In this document: positions 58,393 to 64,000 of the stretch, piece by piece
Layout of the letters: every line of letters starts with the position of its first letter
How positions within the stretch are numbered: position 1 is the first letter of the stretch
Notes under the pieces: model-generated
Seen by the model: the letters and a program-made list of their open reading frames with translations, nothing else
The model's database searches: none
Told to the model about the DNA's origin: nothing
From: a virus
Length of the DNA stretch: 64,000 nucleotides
IMG/VR virus record: IMGVR_UViG_3300042556_001053
Span: 32,001 to 96,000 of that record
Direction: 5' to 3' (one strand)
Made by a program: the position numbers and the translations under genes

Positions 58393-58425
58393 TTTAACCA
58401 AGTGTTCACCTGATGTTCTACTTGA
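58393..58425. promoter_or_regulatory. PHO-box-like 11-bp direct repeats upstream of pstS
   Basis: TTTAACCAAGT GTTCACCTGAT GTTCTACTTGA. Confidence 0.5.
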
Positions 58426-58456
58426 CTTGAACATAGATAAAGTGTATACTTGGTAT

Positions 58457-58693
58457 ATGAGCAAAGACAAAAGAATACTTAAAGATGGATCAGAAGTTGA
58501 TTCATTTGATAGGCCAGTTGATTTAATTATACATACCAAGGCCCCAGAAAAATGGAAATTAGTTGACATGGAAACAGGCGAAGAATACCTTGGCTCTGAA
58601 ATAGGTACTGACTTTGCAGAAATATTAAGAGAAAAGGTTAAAGCAAATAAAATAGGCACTTGGGTAAAAACCAAGGGCAAGCAGCTTGACTAA
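58457..58693 (+). CDS. Hypothetical protein (HTKAPEKWKLVDMETG)
   Basis: Leaderless TATACT promoter. Confidence 0.55.
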   Translation: MSKDKRILKDGSEVDSFDRPVDLIIHTKAPEKWKLVDMETGEEYLGSEIGTDFAEILREKVKANKIGTWVKTKGKQLD

Positions 58694-58720
58694 ACGACTA
58701 TCTTAGGGTATACTGAATAT

Positions 58721-59005
58721 ATGAACCAATTTATGGAAAACTATGCCTCATGGGTGCTTGCCGTCATAGGGGTCTTAGGTATATTTTTTGTTGGCCGTAA
58801 AAATTTTCTTGGCTGGTACATTCTTTTATTCAATGAAACTTTGTGGATAGTTTATGCTGTTGCTACTAAACAGTATGGGTTTATATTTTCTGCTCTCGCA
58901 TATGCAGCAGTATATGTTCAATCACATAGACACTGGAAGGCTTTAGATTCAGAAAAGTTATCTTGGAGGAGTTTTGCCAAGTTGGTCTGGGACCGCAATG
59001 ATTAA
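58721..59005 (+). CDS. PnuC-like small membrane protein
   Basis: Three hydrophobic segments; GRK..GW...NE.LW..Y pattern. Confidence 0.5.
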   Translation: MNQFMENYASWVLAVIGVLGIFFVGRKNFLGWYILLFNETLWIVYAVATKQYGFIFSALAYAAVYVQSHRHWKALDSEKLSWRSFAKLVWDRND

Positions 59006-59204
59006 CATGGAGATTCCTGATCCATTCCAAACCTTTGTAGCCAAGAAGTATGCCAACGCTAAGGGATATGTGCATGACTTCTTTACTGGAGAGTGGTCTT
59101 ACAAGTGTTTAACTTGTAAAGATGATCTTTATGCTCCATCCCGCAAAATTATGACAAAGATTCGTTTATACCATACAAGAAATGAGTGCACAGGTGGATA
59201 CTGA
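58998..59204 (+). CDS. Small C2H2-like zinc-binding protein
   Basis: CLTC...HTRNEC. Confidence 0.45.
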   Translation: MINMEIPDPFQTFVAKKYANAKGYVHDFFTGEWSYKCLTCKDDLYAPSRKIMTKIRLYHTRNECTGGY

Positions 59205-59407
59205 AGAAGAGTTTGACTTAGAGTTTACTGTTGAAGAAATGATTAATATTTATGGTATTAATAGTCTTGAAGATTTAGATAGGATTAACTAATGTCATTA
59301 TGTATGCTAGCAATACTTTTAACAGTACCGTCTTTTTTATTGGGATACTTTATATCGTACCTAGTAATGACTGTTGGAATTAAGCAAGACAAAGAATAGT
59401 GGTATTA

Positions 59408-59481
59408 GCTCCAGTAGCTCAGTTGGTTAGAGCCCCAAACTCATAATTTGGTCGTCGTAGGTTCAAGTCCTACCTGGTGCA
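59408..59481 (+). tRNA. tRNA with CAT anticodon (elongator Met or Ile2)
   Basis: CCAAA-CTCATAA-TTTGG anticodon arm; lacks the initiator GGG/CCC; one T-T mismatch in the acceptor stem. Confidence 0.85.
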
Positions 59482-59519
59482 CGAGATCTTTTATAGATCT
59501 ACTTATATAAGGAGAATAA

Positions 59520-60056
59520 ATGAAAACTGTAGGAGAAAAACTTGGTAACTTTGCCGTTACTGGAGTTAAGCCTGGGGCATTGTCTTATGATGATTCCTCA
59601 TTTGAAGTACTAACGCAAGATTCTTTTCCAGGCAAATGGAAGATCATTGTGTTTTATCCAAAGGACTTTACATTCGTATGTCCGACAGAAATTGTTGCAT
59701 ACGATGCACTTGTAAATGATTTCAATGATCGTGATGCAGTATTGATGACTGGATCAGTTGATAATGAATTCTGTAAGGTTGCATGGAGAAATGCACACGA
59801 TGACCTAAAGAAGACAAACTCATGGGCATTTGCAGATACAGCACATCAGTTGGCTGGAGATCTAGGCGTTCATCATTCATCTGGTGTTACATATCGTGCA
59901 ACATTTATTGTTGATCCAGAGAATACCATTCAGCACATTACGGTAAATAACCTTGATGTTGGTCGTAATGCAGATGAGGCACTTCGTGTGCTTGATGCAC
60001 TACAAACAGGAGAGCTTTGTGCATGCAACAGACCTCTTGGAGGAGAGACTCTATAA
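59520..60056 (+). CDS. ahpC: Peroxiredoxin (alkyl hydroperoxide reductase C)
   Basis: FYPKDFTFVCPTEI, GRNADEALRVLDALQ and LCACN. Confidence 0.93.
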   Translation: MKTVGEKLGNFAVTGVKPGALSYDDSSFEVLTQDSFPGKWKIIVFYPKDFTFVCPTEIVAYDALVNDFNDRDAVLMTGSVDNEFCKVAWRNAHDDLKKTNSWAFADTAHQLAGDLGVHHSSGVTYRATFIVDPENTIQHITVNNLDVGRNADEALRVLDALQTGELCACNRPLGGETL

Positions 60057-60568
60057 TGTCTTGGGTTGATCAGCTTAAGGACAATCTTCCAGAGTATGCA
60101 AAAGACATTAAGTTAAACCTTGATGCAGTAATTAATAGATCATCTATTGATTCTGAGCATGCCACATATCTTGCTCTTGCAGCTGCCTTTTCAACTGGAA
60201 ACGGTAAGCTTGTTGCTTTCATTACAGCAAGTGCAACTGATGAGGTAGAAAGAAATGCTGCATTGACTGCTGGTGCAATCATGGCACAAAACAATGTTTG
60301 GTATCCATATTTAGAAATGGCAGATGATGCTAATCTTACTGGATTACCAGCACAACTTCGTATGAATGCAATTGCATCTCATGGTGGTACAACAAAGGGA
60401 AAGTTTGAGGCATACTCTCTTGCTTCATCTATTGTTGGTAAGTGCCACTTCTGTGTTAAAGCACACTATGAAACATTGAAAGAAGAAGGCTATACTATTG
60501 AGCAGTTGCGTGATATCGGAAGAATTGCAGCAACAGTTAATGCATTAGCAAAGATACTTTCAGCTTAG
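60056..60568 (+). CDS. ahpD: Alkyl hydroperoxide reductase D
   Basis: LPEYAKDIKLNL, MAQNNVWY and CHFCVKAH; TAATG-coupled to ahpC. Confidence 0.9.
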   Translation: MSWVDQLKDNLPEYAKDIKLNLDAVINRSSIDSEHATYLALAAAFSTGNGKLVAFITASATDEVERNAALTAGAIMAQNNVWYPYLEMADDANLTGLPAQLRMNAIASHGGTTKGKFEAYSLASSIVGKCHFCVKAHYETLKEEGYTIEQLRDIGRIAATVNALAKILSA

Positions 60569-60572
60569 AAAA

Positions 60573-60598
60573 AGTCCTGGGTATGACTAAAACTGCCC
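60573..60598 (+). ncRNA. Small H-type pseudoknot motif, copy 5
   Basis: AGTC-CTGGGTAT-GACT-AAAAC-TGCCC (compensatory changes in stem 2). Confidence 0.55.
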
Positions 60599-60640
60599 AA
60601 CATAAGATACTAAAGATTTGTATAGAAAAGGAAAAAGTAA

Positions 60641-61690
60641 TTGAAAGATTCTATTTTTATAGCTATAGCTGCTTGTAATGAAAGATTTATAGAGCAAACA
60701 GTTAGAAGCGCATTAACTAATGCAGAGAATCCAGACAATATATTTTTTGGAATATTTAACAATATTACTGATCCTAAAAAATCATTATTATCAAATGACT
60801 ATATTACAAAAAACAAACATATTTTTTATGCAGAAATCATAACTCCATGTCCTATGGGTATAGGCTTCGGCAGATTAAATGCTTCATTGTTACAGTTTAA
60901 AAAATTTGATTATATGTTTCAGATAGATGCACATACTCTTTTTCCAAAGAATTGGGACAAAAGCATTATAAGTAGCTTCAACTTAATAAAAAATGAAAAT
61001 GATATTGATGAAAACAAAATTATTGTATCATCTTCATCACCAATTATATGGTATAACTTTAAAGAAGATCCCTATAAAATTATGATTAATAAGACTAATA
61101 AATCTTCTAGTGATTTTATTGAAATAGATCCTTATAACTTAGAAGAGTATTTTTCAAAAGATATAGAGTCTGGAGCAATAAAAGTAAAAATGTTCTATGA
61201 TGGAAAACAAGGAGATGTTCTTCTTGAAGGAAATTTAGGATTTCCAATGGTATATGGTGAAAGAAAGATAAAAGAAGGATTACAGTATGAAGAAACAAAT
61301 GGCGTTCATGCTTCCTTTATGTTTTCAAAAGCTAATCTTAATAGAGATTTATTACACGACCCAGAGGATACTTTTGATGGAGATCAAACTAACTACAGCA
61401 TAAGATTATTGAGTAGAGGCTATCGCATATTTTCTACTAAGTATCCAGTAATAGCATGCTTAAACAAGCAAGAGGAGCATAAGATCTATGATCCAGAGTA
61501 TAATCATAGAGCTGCTGAATATTCTAATGAAACTCCTGCAGCAAACTATCTTTCTTATAAGCATAACGATGACAGAGATTTTTTTAAAGACATTATTTCT
61601 GGTAAGTATTTTGGATATTGGGGAGCACCAGATATGGAGTCTCTTAATCTTGCTAAAAAACAAATTCAATATCCAGAATTTAAAGGTTAG
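60641..61690 (+). CDS. GT60 / Skp1-hydroxyproline GlcNAc-transferase-like glycosyltransferase
   Basis: SIFIAIAA...A.NPDNIFFGI...G...GR...YMFQIDAH..F.KNWD...F.FS...GDQ...SIRL..RGY.IF. Confidence 0.7.
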   Translation: MKDSIFIAIAACNERFIEQTVRSALTNAENPDNIFFGIFNNITDPKKSLLSNDYITKNKHIFYAEIITPCPMGIGFGRLNASLLQFKKFDYMFQIDAHTLFPKNWDKSIISSFNLIKNENDIDENKIIVSSSSPIIWYNFKEDPYKIMINKTNKSSSDFIEIDPYNLEEYFSKDIESGAIKVKMFYDGKQGDVLLEGNLGFPMVYGERKIKEGLQYEETNGVHASFMFSKANLNRDLLHDPEDTFDGDQTNYSIRLLSRGYRIFSTKYPVIACLNKQEEHKIYDPEYNHRAAEYSNETPAANYLSYKHNDDRDFFKDIISGKYFGYWGAPDMESLNLAKKQIQYPEFKG

Positions 61691-61701
61691 AAAAAGTACA
61701 A

Positions 61702-61775
61702 GCACCAGTAGCCAAGTTGGTTAAGGCATCAGTCTTATATACTGAAGATCGTAGGTTCAAGTCCTGCCTGGTGTA
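61702..61775 (+). tRNA. tRNA-Ile (TAT)
   Basis: GCACCAG/CTGGTGT acceptor; TCAGT-CTTATAT-ACTGA anticodon arm; GTTCAAGTC T-loop. Confidence 0.88.
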
Positions 61776-61890
61776 CGTGTGATATACTTAATATTATGAA
61801 AAATATTATATTAAATTTTCAATATTATATTGAAAAAATATATAGATTTGTTTTTAGAAAAAACAAAAAAAGGAAAGAATATATATACTA

Positions 61891-62823
61891 ATGAAAGATA
61901 TTGAAAACATTATAGATAAAAAAAAATTATTTTCATCAACAAAACAAAACGCACCATTTGACAATATAACTCAAAACTTACTAATGTTTCAAGATGTTGT
62001 TGCTTGGCCTGATCCAGATGAAAGCATAGATTTTTATAACCTAGATAATCATGAATATGTTTATAACGGTTGGTCAGACTATTTAGTTAACAGACTTTAT
62101 ATGAGGTCTCCAAAATTTAATAAAAGCAATAGTATACTAACTAGCGGATGCTCACATAGCTGGGGAGTTGGCATTAAAGATACACTAACATGGTCAAACC
62201 TTGTTGCAGAAAACTATAAATTAGGCTATTCAAATGTTGCTCTTCCTGGGTCATCAGTTATGCTTCAAGTATTAAATATATTTCAATATTGTAATACCTT
62301 TGGTAATCCAAAAATTATACTATGTATGTTCCCAAATTTTGAAAGAATAAGAGTTTTTGTTGAAAATAATATTTTAGAAGGAGATACATTAACAAAATAT
62401 AATTTTGGTCCTGCAAATGCATTTACAAATAGAATAATAAACAAGCCAAAGATCACCAAACTACCAGCCAACAAAGACATTCTGGTATCTGAAAATCATG
62501 CTTTTTACAATAGTGTGTGCTTTATTATGATGTTAGAAAAATATTGTAAGTCAAATAATATAAAACTTGCATGGTCTTCTTGGGAACATGAAAAATATAA
62601 TGATCCATTTAATAACATTTTTGAAAATTACATAAACAATAGTGCTGGATTAAATGCACAGAATATATCTAACTGTAAGAGTCACCAAGATTTAAGAGAT
62701 GCATTCCCTGATATTTATGATGAAGCAGCTGATGTTCCAAAAGGACACTTTGGTATTCATTGGCACAAGCATGTATCAGAGCTTTTTATTAATGAAATCA
62801 ATCAGAAAAATCTATTATCTTAA
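61891..62823 (+). CDS. SGNH/GDSL-hydrolase-like protein
   Basis: TSGCSHSWGVG, NVALPGSS and D...GHFGIHWH. Confidence 0.6.
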   Translation: MKDIENIIDKKKLFSSTKQNAPFDNITQNLLMFQDVVAWPDPDESIDFYNLDNHEYVYNGWSDYLVNRLYMRSPKFNKSNSILTSGCSHSWGVGIKDTLTWSNLVAENYKLGYSNVALPGSSVMLQVLNIFQYCNTFGNPKIILCMFPNFERIRVFVENNILEGDTLTKYNFGPANAFTNRIINKPKITKLPANKDILVSENHAFYNSVCFIMMLEKYCKSNNIKLAWSSWEHEKYNDPFNNIFENYINNSAGLNAQNISNCKSHQDLRDAFPDIYDEAADVPKGHFGIHWHKHVSELFINEINQKNLLS

Positions 62824-64000
62824 AATGTTTTTAGAATAGTTTGCTTCCCACTGTCTTATATCTTCTTCATCGTTTAAAAGTGGCTGACCTTTTATGTTAA
62901 GGCTAGTGTTTAATAAAATTGGTATGCCAGTCTCTAAATAAAACTTATTCAATACCCTGTACAAGCCTCTATGCTGCTCTCTGTTTACAGTTTGAACTCT
63001 AGATGTACCGTCAGCGTGTACCACAGAAGGTATCTTATCTGGCTGAAGACACTTAACGGTATACTGCATGTAAGGGCTTGTAAAGTCCATATCAAACCAC
63101 TTAGAGGCACACTCCTCAAGAACTACTGGAGCAAAAGGTCTAAATAGCTCTCTCTGTTTGATTAAATTAACTTTGTCTTTAATTAGTGGATCTCTTGGGT
63201 CAGCAAGAATACTTCTATTGCCTAATGCTCTTGGACCGTATTCTGCCCTACCTGATGCTACTGCTACGATTCCATCTTTTAATATACCGTCAACAATTTT
63301 CTGAACTGGATATTCTCCACCAATGTCATAGCCAAGATAGGGTGTCTTCCAATTAATGTGTTTTCCGTATAAGGCTGCTGCTGCTCCTAAAGAACTCCCA
63401 GCATCTCCTGGATTTGGCATAATCCATACATCTTTAAAGATATTCCATAGCAGTGTATTTGCTGAAGAATTAAGGGCACATCCACCCATAAACACTAGAT
63501 TGTTTTTTCCAGTAATTGAGTATGCCATATGCATAAACTCATTCAGTCTTTGCTGATAAACCATTTGTACTGCTGCTGCAATATCAAATTTATCTTGTTC
63601 TGACTGAATCAAACCCCAATCATTAATTCCTTTATGAAAGTTATATTTTTGTTTATAATATGAAGGAAAATAGTCATCAACCTTTTTATAATACTTTGTC
63701 CAGTCTCCATATGCAGCCATACCCATCATAATATATTCTTCTTGATTAGGCATTAGACCAATTAGTTGAGTGAAAGCAGAGTAGAACAGTCCAAAACTAA
63801 CTGGATAGTTTTGCTTATACTTGAGGCTAATCTTTTCGCCTTCTCCAACCCAGATAGTTGATGTGTTATATTCTCCAATTGCATCAAGTACTACTATGAC
63901 AGCATCACTAAACTTACTAGTATAGTATCCAGCAGCAGCATGTGAGTAGTGATGGCTGAATGATTTTCTTGGTATCCCGTCAATTTTAAGCCTTGGCTTC
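62815..64000 (-). CDS. Carbamoyltransferase (NodU/CmcH family), 5' end beyond the window
   Basis: Frame stays open to the edge with HHYSHAAAG and DAIGE; GGCALN, PGDAGSSLGAA, GPRALGNRSILADPR, RPFAP and LNTSLN. Confidence 0.9.
   Translation of the reverse strand, partial: KPRLKIDGIPRKSFSHHYSHAAAGYYTSKFSDAVIVVLDAIGEYNTSTIWVGEGEKISLKYKQNYPVSFGLFYSAFTQLIGLMPNQEEYIMMGMAAYGDWTKYYKKVDDYFPSYYKQKYNFHKGINDWGLIQSEQDKFDIAAAVQMVYQQRLNEFMHMAYSITGKNNLVFMGGCALNSSANTLLWNIFKDVWIMPNPGDAGSSLGAAAALYGKHINWKTPYLGYDIGGEYPVQKIVDGILKDGIVAVASGRAEYGPRALGNRSILADPRDPLIKDKVNLIKQRELFRPFAPVVLEECASKWFDMDFTSPYMQYTVKCLQPDKIPSVVHADGTSRVQTVNREQHRGLYRVLNKFYLETGIPILLNTSLNIKGQPLLNDEEDIRQWEANYSKNILR

Overview
This window is part of a large, AT-rich tailed (siphovirus-like) phage genome. 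The host is probably a low-GC freshwater actinobacterium, inferred from the ahpC-ahpD pair, an actinobacterial-type pstS with a PHO-box-like site, and many leaderless TGnTATAAT promoters. 1-24.6 kb (minus strand): virion module (tape measure, two tail chaperones, major tail, head-tail connectors, major capsid, protease/scaffold, portal), an inserted class II ribonucleotide reductase, and repeat-rich fibre genes. 25.3-36.7 kb (minus strand): ten tandem prolyl-hydroxylase-like 2OG-Fe(II) oxygenases, an SDR and two DUF6065-like genes. Directly upstream lie a two-FN3-domain protein ending in a 132-aa tract made only of Pro and Phe, and a collagen-repeat protein. 40-51 kb: divergent early-type region of small ORFs in repeated cassettes (CTCGG site, CRP-type box, TGTCAG-N10-TAnnnT promoter, covarying 3' pseudoknot). 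It ends in an origin-like region with iterons and DnaA boxes, and a 36-bp inverted repeat pair brackets it. 52-64 kb: more modification and auxiliary genes (oxygenases, GT2, nucleotidyltransferase, sulfotransferase-like, GT60-like GlcNAc transferase, carbamoyltransferase, pstS, ahpCD) and two of the three tRNAs, including a rare tRNA-Ile(UAU). The best candidate for a new system is a phage-encoded hydroxyproline/O-glycan pathway acting on a Pro-Phe polymer protein. All family calls are by eye from motifs; no searches were run.
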